64,000 nucleotides of DNA from Lepidodermella squamata (Eukaryota; Animalia; Gastrotricha), in NCBI GenBank assembly GCA_047495785.1, contig JBLDXI010000013.1, positions 3,162,001-3,226,000 on the forward strand, in the 5' to 3' direction. Below are positions 33,518 through 46,300 of this stretch, in pieces. Position numbers and translations under genes: made by a program. Within the stretch, counting starts at the first letter, position 1. Every line of letters starts with the position of its first letter. The notes below the pieces were generated by a model. The model was not told where the DNA came from, searched no databases, and worked only from the letters and a program-made list of their open reading frames with translations.

Positions 33518-35288
33518 CTATTTTCCTGTGAAGCGGCGAAGATCAAAGCGGTAATTTGAAACTGCCGACCGTAACCGGTTAGGATTGGCAAGAATCGCTC
33601 GGGCCGCCGTGTTGATGCCCGTCCACAGATCAACACCAGCCGGTTCAATTTCATTCGATTCGACGACGAAGCCGAATTGAGGATCGTCGGAGCTAGGTCG
33701 CAATTCCAGGGTATAGGCGTACTTTATTCCCTCACTCTTCGCCCAGTCGTCCGAACCCCCAGCAGCCGGGTACAGCAATTCAACGGTATTACCCACCCGC
33801 CAACTTTGATTCGCACGATTCGTGATGGCGGTCATGCCAAGTCGAGCGACACGCATCATTTCATCGAAATCGTTCGGCTTCGTTGCGCCCGAGTAGCCCC
33901 AGGGTACCAGCCAGTAGTTGCCGTAGGAGTGGACGGCGAAATAGGCGACAATGTCACGGCGACGAGATCGGACGAAATCGGCGATGGCTTTGGTCTCCGG
34001 CTCGCTGAACGGTGTAGGGCCTTGGTAGACCTCGGCGCATGGGTTGGTCGATGCGCCGTTCGTTCCCCATTGGAAGGCGAAATTCCGGTTAGGATCGGCA
34101 CCGTAGCAAGCTGGTTTGTGAGTACGGCTACGAGTCTTACGCCAATAACGTTGCTAAAAATATAGAAAATCCGTCTCAAAATAAAATAGAAATAAATTTT
34201 AATTAATTAACAAAAAATAGAATTTTTTCAGACTATTCTTTTAAAACTCGAAATTTACAGCAGGTGTGCGGCTATATTCGTAACCATCCGGGTTCGCAAT
34301 CGGTAGAATGTAAAGGTCAAGGCGGCTCAGTAGGTCAAAAACAGTGCCATCACTTCGGTAATTTCTCAGCAGCTGATTTTTCAAGATTAAAAATTAAAAA
34401 TTGGTAAAATTTTATTGGGAACTAAATTACTTTGTTCATGAGCCAAACTGCAGCGGCACCGGATACCCATTCTCGGGCGTGAATATTTGCGTCCATGAAA
34501 ATGGCCTTCTTATTTTGACCGCGGAACCCGATCTGATATAAAAATTTAGTAAGGCCTGTTTCGGGCAATTAAGTAACTTACCTTCATCAATTTCATTTTC
34601 CTGCCTTCGAATGAGTAGCCAATATCAATGCAAGATGCGACACTAGTATGACGCCGGCACATGTCCTCCATCCAGGTACAAATCTGGGTCACATAAAAAA
34701 GCAATAAAAAAACTATTAAAGCGTGAAAAATTCGAAAATTACCGCGCCGTAAGATGCGAAAGCTCCGACTACTTGAGCGCCCTCTGATGGTCGAGTTGCA
34801 TTCGACGTTAAACTAGCTCGTTTTGCAATTGGATGTTCAGCATTATGAAACGGGTTTGACGCATGTTCTCGCCTCACTCGTCTGTAAGACAAAAAATTAA
34901 TTGAAATTTTGTTGTTTAAATCGTATGCTTACTCGGCAATGTTAAGCGGCGTCAAGGTCACGTTCAGATTAGTTCGAGTAATGTTTCGTTCGAATAAATG
35001 AGTAACATCACCCGGGACGCGAATAACCACCGGCGAGAGGCGACCGGGCATAGGTTCGTTCCAAAAGTCGAGCTGGAAAAATACGAAAAATTAAGGTGAA
35101 AAATCAGAAAAATATTCAAAATTCACATTCAAATGTTCGCGAAGTTGTTGAATAAGTTCGATATCAGTTGCTCGAGTCGGCGTGAGTTTGAACACTTTAT
35201 CGTTGACATACGGCGCACCTACGTCGTCGAGGCTGACAGTAGAAATCACGGAAATGCCGGAAAATAATACTGCGAAAAAGAAATGCAT
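33518..35288 (-). CDS. M14A procarboxypeptidase, B-type specificity residue, multi-exon
   Basis: Signal peptide, propeptide (LDFW), IHAREW, NPDGYEYS, WRKTRS, DPNRNF, HSY, GGSDDW, YTLELRP. Confidence 0.9.
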
Positions 35289-36501
35289 CTCCTCCTCCAA
35301 AAATAAATAAATCCCTATATCAGAGAAAATAAAACAACTTTTTATACCAGCTAATTATTCGCTTTGCTACACGGCAAAACCTGGCACACCTCGATTTTCA
35401 AAGGAAATAAGTAATATACCTGTGAATTGCTTCCGGAGCAGAAAAAAAGTCGAGGCACTTTATGCGCGCAAATTACCTGCCAGCTGTCTGTCTTAATGGC
35501 GTTGAAGCGGGGGTAGAGAGAAAAAATTACACCATTGATAATGATCATCGCAAATATGGCAGGTGGTTTGTAGCACAGATGCCTAGAAAACGAATCGACC
35601 TCAGGCCATACACGCCTTGTTTATAGCCCCAAAAGTTACATATATTATAAGTGCGCTCGAATTATATTAACGCGGAAATGGCGCTCTAAAATGACAATAA
35701 ATAACAAGTCGATTTGATTAGCGCTGAATATGCGTGTTACGAGTCGATACCGGTGTGGGTCATAATATAATTTATAAGGTGGGTCTGTAATGTCGGCTCG
35801 CTAAGTTTTAATGGCTTTGTTTTGCTCGCAAGTTGGCGCCTGGTATTTTTGCGTGTTGATGATGGGTTTAGACCGGCCGACTGGGGCCGAACTGGCGGGC
35901 GCCGCAAACACACATACACACTCACTCACACCACGAAATGTGTAGTAAAAGATGAAATAACGACCTGTGCGCGAAATAACAAATTGCGCGCGCAATAAAT
36001 ATTGCACAGCGGCTGGACAGTGGCGCCGCACTTGGTGCCACCTCGCGGTTCGCGGTAGTGTGTTGTGACCCAGATTGCGAGCTAAAATAGGATACAAAAA
36101 ACCCCATCTTGGAACAGGATTGATATTTTACAAAAAAAAGCCGAAAAGCCGATTACACTATTTCTTCTTACGGATTTTGATTGTGAACTATCAGATTATT
36201 AATATATTTTTTAACGATGACATCCGTCTTGTGACCTCTACGGATGAGCGAAACGTCCACATCGAGATTATTGAGTTCTGACACAAGTGTAAAGGTACAT
36301 TTCCTAGTTTTCAGCATGGTAAAAATCAGGCATAAAAATTATGATTTCATTAACGCTGCCTTGAATCGCGCATCTAAGCTTGTTTATTTCGATGGTAGCT
36401 CGAAGAGAAACATTTCAGTATTTGCACTCGTTAACGACGCGCAAACACTTGGAAAAATCGAAAAATCGCAAAGTAGAGTAAAAGTTGTGCAAACCGGAGT
36501 C

Positions 36502-36635
36502 GTCTAAACCGGACGGATTCCAGTGGCTCTTGCAGAAAGTGCGCACTTTACGTTATAAATTTGTCTTCTAAACCGGACTTTTCCTAATTCGAAGCGATTT
36601 TTAGACGTGAGAAGGTAAAAAAGTCCGGTTTAGAC
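36502..36635. mobile_element. Small inverted-repeat element remnant
   Basis: GTCTAAACCGGAC at 36502, a direct copy at 36568 and an inverted copy AAAAGTCCGGTTTAGAC ending 36635. Confidence 0.5.
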
Positions 36636-37406
36636 TATTTTCCTTGCTTTTCGTCATTTTCAAAGCGGTTGGCACCCAGCTTTTCCGAGGCGCTGACTTT
36701 GGCGTTGCTTATGAATCACAGCCTTTGAATCACACTTATGTATATGGAAACTCTAGCTCGGATGATTATCGAACAATCAAAATTCTATACATATTTTTTA
36801 TGGTACCTCTAGGAGGCTCTTCAGACGTTCGATTTGGACAAAACTTGGCCTTAATAATAGTTTTGTAATATTTAATTTGATATCTATTTAATTTTGTCAT
36901 TTTGATTTGATTTGGTCATTTTTTAATTAAAACCTGTTGAAAAAAAATCAAGGTGGTTTTCTGACCCAGTTTCGGGCTGCGCGCGCGCTTGGGTAATTAG
37001 CGTTGGGTCACGCTAATTTTTATTACTACTGTGATTGTTTTCAAACCTTTAATTTCTCGATGGGTTTTCATACAACCACGAAAACCGATTAAACCCAGGT
37101 GAAATATTCAGAACGCCGCGCCATTAGATGCCAGTAGTAGTTCTGTGCTGATTTTCAGGATTTTAAATAACAAAATAGGTGGAGTTATTTCATTTTTCAA
37201 ATTTCAAAGTTTCCTAAGTACTTGATAGATGCAGAATTTCAGAAAATTATTTTTATTCAGGTACATGTTGGATATATCGATTATATCTAATTAATTACAA
37301 GCGAAACACTCCCTAATATCGCGAGTAATGTGAAGAGTGCAGATTACAAAACAGTTTCAAATTGATCAAATTGGCAGTTGCTTTTTCGGTAAAAAATGCA
37401 GGTTCT

Positions 37407-38333
37407 CTACTGACCACCCGTTCGCTGGCCAATCAGAGTTCCAATGATAAAGGTCTCCAGTTGATCCTCATCGAAAACTTGACGCTTATCAGGTTCATCA
37501 GCAATAACACCCCGAATCGTGTTTTGTCTCCACGCCGCATCACAGACGTAGAAAAACGGAGCTTTACTCAGCAACTCGCTGTTTTTCACGTCCGATTTGT
37601 GTGACTCGGTAACTCGTTTATTCAGCTCTTCGGCCAATTGTTTTTGTTCAGCCGCAGCCAATTCACGAAAATTTTTCTTGTGAAGCTTATTGGCCTCGGC
37701 GTCCAGATCTGCATCGGATCGCGATCGGATAATTCCGATGGGAATGCCGTAGCTTTTAGCTAAATCAGCCACCTTAATCAAGTCGTCAAGCGGCAGTTTT
37801 TCTCCAACAACAAACAACAGAAAATCGTAGAGATAGATAAAGTGCTTGGAAAAATAATCTTCAAAGGAGATTCCAGCCGCTTCTTTGCCTGGTAAATTCC
37901 AAAAAATCATGCGAGATACGTCGGCACTGACATGACTTGTCGGAGCTTGGGAGGTGTCAACGAGACCGCTTTTTGCTAAATTTGGTTTGTTTGGTGACAA
38001 ACTGGCCAGAGCATTGATGAGGGACGATTTACCGACCCCGCTAGTACCAAAAACACCGATATTCAGGTTCTTAGCCGTGTCAACACCTGCCTTGACAGCT
38101 GCCTCCGAAATTGCAGCCTTAATTTCAGCCGGGCTTTTCCCTTTTAGGCCATGAGCAGCTTCGAATGCCAGCTTTTAAGAATCAAGAAATTTTAATTAAA
38201 ATTATCTTTCGAGTAAACTTACAACTGCTTTTTGATGTGGATCTTTTGCGGAAAGGAACGCGTCGAATATAAAATCACTGAGAGTGTCTTTCAACTCTCG
38301 CCAGTTGATTTCGCCCGAAAGAGCATTCCCCAT
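37407..38333 (-). CDS. IRG/p47-like GTPase 1 (291 aa, 2 exons)
   Basis: MGNALS; intron 38172-38222; G1 GTSGVGKSS-LINAL, FWNLPG, YDFLL, IIRSRSDADL. Confidence 0.8.
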
Positions 38334-38876
38334 TGTTTTCGAAAAATTAAATAGAAAATCTATAAAATTAGGCAACAAACGGCTGTAAAAAATTCGTTCC
38401 ACGTAGTTTTCACTACTTGTTTAGAGTTTTCTCGAATTTACCAGGTGAGTGAAATATTATGCATCAACTGTTCAAAATACTGTTTTTCCTTATACAAGTC
38501 CGCTGTCACATACATTGCAAAAAATCGAAGTAAAAAAATATCTCTTTGGCGTAGCTTGCCTTGGTCATAAATTTACAATGCCGATACACCTATATAGCGG
38601 TGCGATGGTTGGCACTTGCTTTCAAAACTCCTAGTTTTTTTTCCAAGATTACCTGTATTCAGCATTCAGCCAATTCTATTCGCATATTTTGAGGTTACGT
38701 GATCAAAAAAGAATGAATGGCAGCTTTTACCTAGTAATTTATGAATAACTCAAGAAAGTAATCACAACATTATATGAGATGAATTTATTTCATTATCCAA
38801 AAATAGGAATAAGCCAAAAATAGCTGAATGGAATGTGAAGTGGTTTCAGCAATTTTTGGTATAGGTGATAAGCTTC

Positions 38877-39811
38877 TCAGCTCAGTCCTTTTGCTCTCTG
38901 TTCAACCAAGCTTTGAAGGAAAAATGTCTCCAACTCAAACTCGTCAAAAGTTTGATGTTTGGTTGTAGTCGTATCAGCCAGAGTTTCCGGGTAATTAAGC
39001 TCACGCCAGGCCAGGCTGGAAACGAGGAAAAACGGAACATTATCAAACAGCGAGCTTTTCTTAACTTCGGCTTTGAATTGCCCAACAATACGAGCTTTCA
39101 ACGCATCGGCTAATATCGCCTGATCTTCCAATGGCAGTTCGTCAAACGATTTCTCAAACTGCTTCGTGGCCTCTACCTCCAGATCAGCGTCAGATCGGGA
39201 TCTGATGATAGCGATAGGGATTGCGTAACCCTTGGCTAGCTCGACAATTTTGATCAGGTCATCGATCGATTGCTGCTCGTTGATGACGACGAGAAGCAAA
39301 TCGAACAGGTACATGAAGTTTTTGAAAAAGTAATCGTAGAACGAAACGCCAGCCGCTTGCTTGCCAGGCAAATTCCAGAATTGCAGTCGAGGCCTATCCG
39401 AGCTGAAGTGCTTAGTCGCGGCTTGACTAGTGTCGTCAATACCTGTTTTTGCTAAATTTGGGTCATTGTCCTTAAGGCCAGCCAGAGCGTTGAGAAATGA
39501 AGATTTGCCAGAGCCGCTTGCCCCGATAATGCCAACATTGGCACATTTCTCGGCATCGAGGTCAATTTTTGATTTTGCCTCGGCGTACATTTCTAGAATT
39601 ACTTCTGCGGCTTCTTTACCCGCCAGATTATGGGCAGCTGCGAATCTTTGCTAATAACAGAAGAAACTATTATAAAATCATCTAACCTGGCTGAACTTAC
39701 AATAGCCTTGGGGGAAGGCTGTTTTTCGCTGATCAGGGTGTCTAAGAGCGCCCCACTCACGTTTTGCTTCAAGGTTTGCCAGCTGATATTTACAGAGACA
39801 ATGTTTCCCAT
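38877..39811 (-). CDS. IRG/p47-like GTPase 2 (294 aa, 2 exons)
   Basis: MGNIVS; intron 39651-39700; GASGSGKSSFLNAL, AKTG, FWNLPG, FFLVSS. Confidence 0.82.
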
Positions 39812-40321
39812 TTCAATTATCGGAGACTAATTTAAATAATTTAAAAATAATTCATAAAATGTTGATTTAGAACAAAAATTATCAATCATAGTTTTAAGGG
39901 GTAATTGCTCCGAAAAGAAATGTGCGACTAAATACAAATTATACATCTATACCATAGTTGTGCGATGAATGGTCCTTGCTTTAAATTATCTCGTCAGTAT
40001 ATTTTCGAATTGCTACGGTTCCTATTCATAACGTGTGCCTTTCACTTTTTTAGGTTACTTGCGCTTTAAAAAAGTGTAATAAACCGGCTTAATCACTTTT
40101 GTTTACCTTGGATTTTTCCACCACCTGAATGCTGAATATAACTAAAAAAATATTAGTTAAATTTATTTCACATAAGTATATTAGGAAAATATAACTTTTT
40201 ATTTTCTGCTTGAATAGGCTTGAATAAGGGGATGAAACATGCATAAATCGCGGCATGATGGATGAAAATATTTCCAGTTCAAAAATTGGCAGGTCCTTTC
40301 ATTGCAACAAGATTTCTCCGC

Positions 40322-41256
40322 TCATTTTCTGAGTCCTCTTGCTCGCTGTTCAATCAAGCTTTGAAGGAAGAACGTCTCCAACTCGCCCTCGTCAAAGGTT
40401 CGGTGTTTGATCGTCGCATCAGCCAGAGTTTCAGGGAAAATATTCTCACGCCAAGCCGCGCTGGAAACCAGGAAGAACGGAACACTACCCAACAGCTCAC
40501 TGTTCTTGACCTCGGCTTTGAATTGCTCGACAATACGAGTTTTCAAGGCTTCAGCTAATTTTGCCTGATCTTCAGGAGTCAGTTCGGCGAACGATTTCTG
40601 AAACTGCTTCTTGGCCTCCTCCTCCAGATCGGCGTCAGATCGAGATCTAATGATTGTAATAGGGATGGCGTAACCCTTGGCTAACTCAGCAATTTTAATC
40701 AGATCGTCGATCGAATGCTGTTCGTTGATGACGACAATCAGCAAATCGAGCAGGTAAATGAAGTTGTTGAAAAAGTAATCATCAAAAGGAACATTAGCTG
40801 CTGGCTTGCCGGGTAAATTCCAGAAGCAAAGTCGGGGTCTGTCAGGGCTAAAATGCTTAGTGGCGGCTTGACTGGTCTCGTCAATGCCTGTTTTTGCTAA
40901 ATTAGGATCGTTGTCCTTCAGACCAGCAAGGGCATTGAGAAATGACGACTTGCCAGAGCCGCTTGCTCCGATAATTCCAACATTCACGCATTTCTCAGCA
41001 TCAAGGTCGATCTTCGATTTAGCCTCGGCGAAAATAGCTCTAGCTACTTCAGCGGCTTCCTTACCTGCCAGATTATGGGCGGCTCCGAATCTTTCCTAAA
41101 AACAAAAAAAATTGTATAAATGTCTACGAAATTGGTAGAACTCACAATAGCCTTGGGAGAAGGCTGTTTTTGGCTGATCAGGGTGTCCAAAACAAACCCG
41201 CTGACGTTTTGCTTCAAGGATTTCCAGTCTACATTGACGGAGACAATATTTCCCAT
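40322..41256 (-). CDS. IRG/p47-like GTPase 3 (294 aa, 2 exons)
   Basis: MGNIVS; intron 41096-41145; same motifs, close paralog of GTPase 2. Confidence 0.82.
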
Positions 41257-42038
41257 TTTATCTGGAAGCTTTTCTACACTGCTAATTTCTAAAGAATTTT
41301 AAGGTTTCAACAAATCGAAATATCAAAAATTCACAAGGTTATACGGGGTAGCGCTAGAGAAATGTGATCCCAACGCGCGGTATTAACGGCTATAGATTTA
41401 CGCTGGCTTCGCAATAGGCCCCTATTGGAAGGTAAATATAGGCATCGAATTCCTGATCGCAGCAAAAATAATTGTGAGCAATAGCATTGGCCGAAAAGCG
41501 ATGCTTGTTTTATCTATTTATATGGCCCAGAAAAATAATAATGATTATTCACGTGAGCGTCGAGATGCTTGGACGTGCTTTATTTACCTTGTAAAAAAGA
41601 CAGATCCATTTTTTGCACATCGGAATTATTGCATGCCCAAAGTGCTGATGACTATGATGGCGTTGAGCAAACACTCAAACAGGTTGCAGATATAATTACT
41701 CAACAGGGCTGTTTTGCGCAGAATAATCAGGCGCAAACAAAAGGTGCCAGAACACGCGTTATAAAAAAACTGCCGCACAAAAAATCGACACTCAAAATAA
41801 TAAGGTGGATTTGATGAGAATAAAAGTTACACTGCTCGGCATTTTCTCAGATTTACTCTATTCAAAAATGAAAGAAATGAATCATGCCAGGTAAATGAAT
41901 GAATAATCCCGAGCCATTGGTTCAATTACTCATTTAAAATGAAAAAATTATTTCAAAACTGTGCTTTATTTCATTTTATGCATTTCTCACTTTACGGATA
42001 ATCACAACCAAGAATGCTAGAAATTTGTTAAAAAATTA

Positions 42039-43158
42039 TCATTGTCTACCGTGCAACAAATTTGAGCAAATTGTAAGATGAGCTGGGCAGTCTGATGCCT
42101 TCGCTCCACGTGCCAATAGAATTTCAACAGTTTCCAAGTGGCCATTAGCCGCAGCTACTTCGATCGCTGTCTGATTGCTACCTGTCCCCGCATTCACATT
42201 CGCACCTCGATCCAGCAAGAGTTTCACAGTTTCAATATGATCATTCCGACTCGCGAGGTATAGCGGCGTGATATTTCCGTTTAGCGTCTCCGCATTTACG
42301 TTAGCCTTGTGAAATACCAACAGCCGAACAGTTTCAAGATGACCCCTAGCTGCTGCGTAATGAAGCGGTGTCATTGAATTCAAACTTTCAGTCACATTCG
42401 TATTTGCCCCTTTTTCGAGTAGCCTCTTTATTGCCGCGAAACTTCGATGGCAATTAACAGCTCGGTGTAAAGCAGTCGCATTAACGTAGGTTTGACCGCA
42501 TTCTGTTATCGAAAGTGGGTCATGCCAATTTACGTCGATGTAGGGCAGTTCGATTAATTGCAGAAATAATTGCTTTCCATGGGCGGCCGCTTGACCTAGT
42601 AAACGATGCTGCTTCCGTACTAGCTATAAACAACACAAAAATTCGGAAAAATGTGGTTGAAATTCAAAGTTTTACCTGGACGGTTGGCACGCACTTTCCG
42701 AGGGTAGGAACCCATTTGCCACTAGGCATGCAGACAGCCACGTCATTGGCACCTTTTTGAACTTCGAAGCCATCATTGCATCTCAATGTGACAAATGACT
42801 CGGCTGAAACCTTGTCGCCAATTGTCAGATTTCGTTCTGAAGAATCAGTCAAAACGCCGAAGATTTGTTGAGATTTCTCGACTGTGCACATTTTCTGCCG
42901 ATTTGGTTGGCATTTCCCAAATTCGGTCCACTTGCCATTTAAACAAAGGGCAATCTCCGACCCAGTTATTTCGTAACCATCGCTGCAGATTATTCGCCTT
43001 ATTTTCAAAGGCTCATTGCCGCAATTTGGAAGATAAAAATCAGTAAAATCAACCAGAGATCCATTTTCGATATTCAAAAGGGATGAGCAATTTTGGCTGG
43101 CAGTAGAAACCAGTCCCGAGACAACTAAGAATGCCAACGTTGACGAAAATATCCGCAT
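42039..43158 (-). CDS. Signal peptide + 2 Sushi/CCP + about 5 ankyrin repeats (355 aa, 2 exons)
   Basis: Exons 43158-42676 and 42623-42039 join in phase 0; CSDGY..C..GKW..C twice; TALHRA, TPLHYAA..GHLETVRLL, TPLYLAS, TAIEVAA. Confidence 0.82.
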
Positions 43159-43312
43159 AATTTTTACATTGAGCTCATTTTAAAAAGTCGTAACTAAAAT
43201 CAAATTATCTAAATTAAAAATTAAGGAGGCTGATGATTTTTAATTGATTCAATTTTCAATTATCCGAGTAAGGAGCAACAAGCTGCTGTAATGCCTTTTT
43301 AATTATTAGATT

Positions 43313-46300
43313 TTAGGCCAAAGGGCCAAGTTCGGCGATAGTAACATAACCGGGACGGGCGGCAATGACACCTGGAATTCGATTGACCGGTGCAGCACAG
43401 GTAATGGCGACTGCATCTGGCTTCTTGCTGTAGATATCAAGCGATGGAACTCCGAAAGTTTGCCACCTGCAGTGATCTTCCAGGTCATCGTAGTAGATCT
43501 GGCCAGTCTCATTGATAACAATTTCAACGCGCCGGCCATCTGAGTGCTCGCCAATAACAGTTACCACGGCAGTTCGGCCACAAACTCTACCTTAATAAAA
43601 AGATTATTTATAAAATTGTAAATTATAAATTTATAAAAATATTTATTAATTAATTATTAAATATTATTTATTATTATTCATTAAATTTAATTGGTCGGGT
43701 GTCAAATAAGCCCCGACTAGTACGCTGGTTAAGTTTGCGTCCCGTCAAATGCGCCCACGACATTTTAGCTGGCGACGAGTACGCCAGCGACGAAGTAGTA
43801 AAAATAATTTAATTGATTAAAAATATCAAAAAGCGTCATTATAGCTGGAAGCGGGGCGGAAATGTCGCGAGCCTACAAATTTGATTAATGTAATTAAGAG
43901 CTGTAACATAAACGACAGGAGCGCTAGCGACCTGTTCACAAGCGACAAAATCGCCCAACAATGGTTTGGGCGCTATATAAGTTGCCCTCGCTTAGTGATT
44001 TGTCATTATGCCAAATTATGCAAATTGAAGCCTCGAAAACTAGCAAAAAGTAGGCATCCATTCAAGACTAGGCTTCTATTCGAGATAGGGCTATGCAGGG
44101 TGCGATCTTGTATCCTGGAGCTGGAGCATGCAGTCTTCTAACTTAAATAAAATTTAGTGCTGCTTAGTTTTCCGGCATTCCTGCGTTATTGTCGCTTTAT
44201 GAAATGTCGCCAGCTAATTTGTCGCGAAGAAAAATGTTTTTTCTCAAGGTCAGCGTTATTGTCGCAGGCGTAATGGTCGCCAGCTGTATTGTTACCCAAA
44301 GAAATTCAAATAAGGCTATTTTGTCGCAGGCTAATTTGTCGCTAGAGTTGTAGGGATAACTTGACGCCGGACTGAATTGTCGGGGCGCAATCTTTCCGGA
44401 CTTTCTAGTCGCGCACCAATTTGTCGCCACACCATTTAATTAAACTCGAAATTAATTAATAATTGATAATTTAAACGCTTAATTCAAACACGTCGCACAA
44501 ATTTTAAATCTGCAGCACAAAATGGATGTTTGTGTAGCGCATTTAGTGCGCAGCGCTTTTTAAACACACGCAGCACAAATTAAACAACCTGTCGCAGGAT
44601 TTAAACAAATTGTAGCCCAAACACAGGAAAACAAGTTTATTTCGCAATATTTTCGAAAAATCAATGAAAATTCTATTGAAGTCATTTATTGGAGCAATTT
44701 TTGGACTTGCAAGCCGATGAGCAGCTCTGTTTGCTCGATCGGCATGAGCATTGACGGCCTCGGCCAACTGATTTGCAGCCCGACGAGCAGTTGCATTTCA
44801 CCAGTTTTTTCTTCTCAACCGGCTCTTCGTCATCCGATCCCGCCGGAGACGAGGCAACGGCCGGTATCACCGGTTGAAGAACCGATGGCTGAATAATCGT
44901 GCTTCAAATTTTTAAATTAGGGCTACTAAAACATACGCGTTCGGCTGCACACGTGTTATTGCGGTTACAAAGCAAACATTTGAGCTGCGCACCTGTGAAA
45001 CGCGCGCGGGTTTAATAATTGTGCTGCGCACGTGTGCTGCAGATTTACAAATTAGGCGACGTGTTTCAGGGCGCCTAATTTAAATTAAATTAATTTTTTC
45101 GTACTCCGACAACTGAGACCACGACAACTCAGATCCGACAACTGAGACCGGACAACCGAGACCAAAATATAAATAAATAATTTTATTTTCGCTAACCGAG
45201 ACACCGACAACCGAGACCAAATAATTCGATTTAATAATTAATTAAATCTCGGACAACCAAGACTCCGACAACCGAGACACCGACAACTGAGACCAAATAA
45301 TTAAAATTAATTTAATTTACAAAAACGCTCTTACTTTTAAGGGTTAGGGTTAGGGTTAGGGTTAGGGTTAGGGTTAAGGTCTCACTATGCTTAATATTCG
45401 GCTTCAGTTTGGGCTTTAATTAAAAATTAAATTTATTTTATTTATTTGGTCTCAGTTGTCGGTGTCTCGGTTGTCGGAGCCTCGGCTGTCCGAGATTTAA
45501 TTAATTAATAAATCGAATTATTTGGTCTCGGTTGTCGGTGTCTCGGTTAGCGAAAATAAAATTATTTATTTATATTTTGGTCTCGGTTGTCCGGTCTCAG
45601 TTGTCGTTTTCTCAGTTGTCGGGTCTCAGTTGTCGTAGAACCAATTTTTTTATTATTAATTATTAATTGAAGAAATTAGAATTTTTGTATTACCTGCTGG
45701 AATTATTCCCACGTTCTTCGAAACAATTTCTTTCGGTGCAATTGCAGGCTCAAAATCTTGGCTAGTTTTGACAATTTTACAGCCAAGTCTGACCGCAATG
45801 GCTTCTGCCGGGAACCAGCTCAACGTCGGCGGTGATGTCTGCCCGACAAATTTCTTCGAAAATTCTTCAGGGGTCATGCCAACACCTAATGCTTCACACA
45901 GCTGAGCTCCGAATTGGTCTAGATTCCACAGCGTGTGGTTAACAAAACGATCAACTCGATGTGACACTCCGTTTAATAACGACGCCATGAAAATCCAGTA
46001 GCCGTCTTGGTAACCAGTCCCGGTTAGGGTGACGCCGTTTTCTTTGAACAATTCATCCAGTTCTTTCGTTAATTCCGGCTCTGTGTTCCATGAGTAAATT
46101 GTCTCTTCAGATATCGTGATTGTGTTGACTTTATTTCTTGCCAGAATTCGATACGTTGGCGCAAGGTCTTTTAGCAAAGATCGAGTTGAGACAATGGCGG
46201 CGATTGGCTTTGATTCAGAAATGGCTTGTTCAGCATTTTGCGAATGAACGACTGGAGTGCCAATTTTTCCAATGCCTGCGACTTCACCGGCATCTTTGCC

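Noticed and set aside
45337-45379. True chromosome end
   Set aside because: Only five perfect units, inside a foldback element within an intron whose exons join in frame.
45100-45642. CRISPR-like appearance of short repeats
   Set aside because: Repeats are ~15-bp subunits in inverted arms without unique spacers; eukaryotic context and no cas genes.
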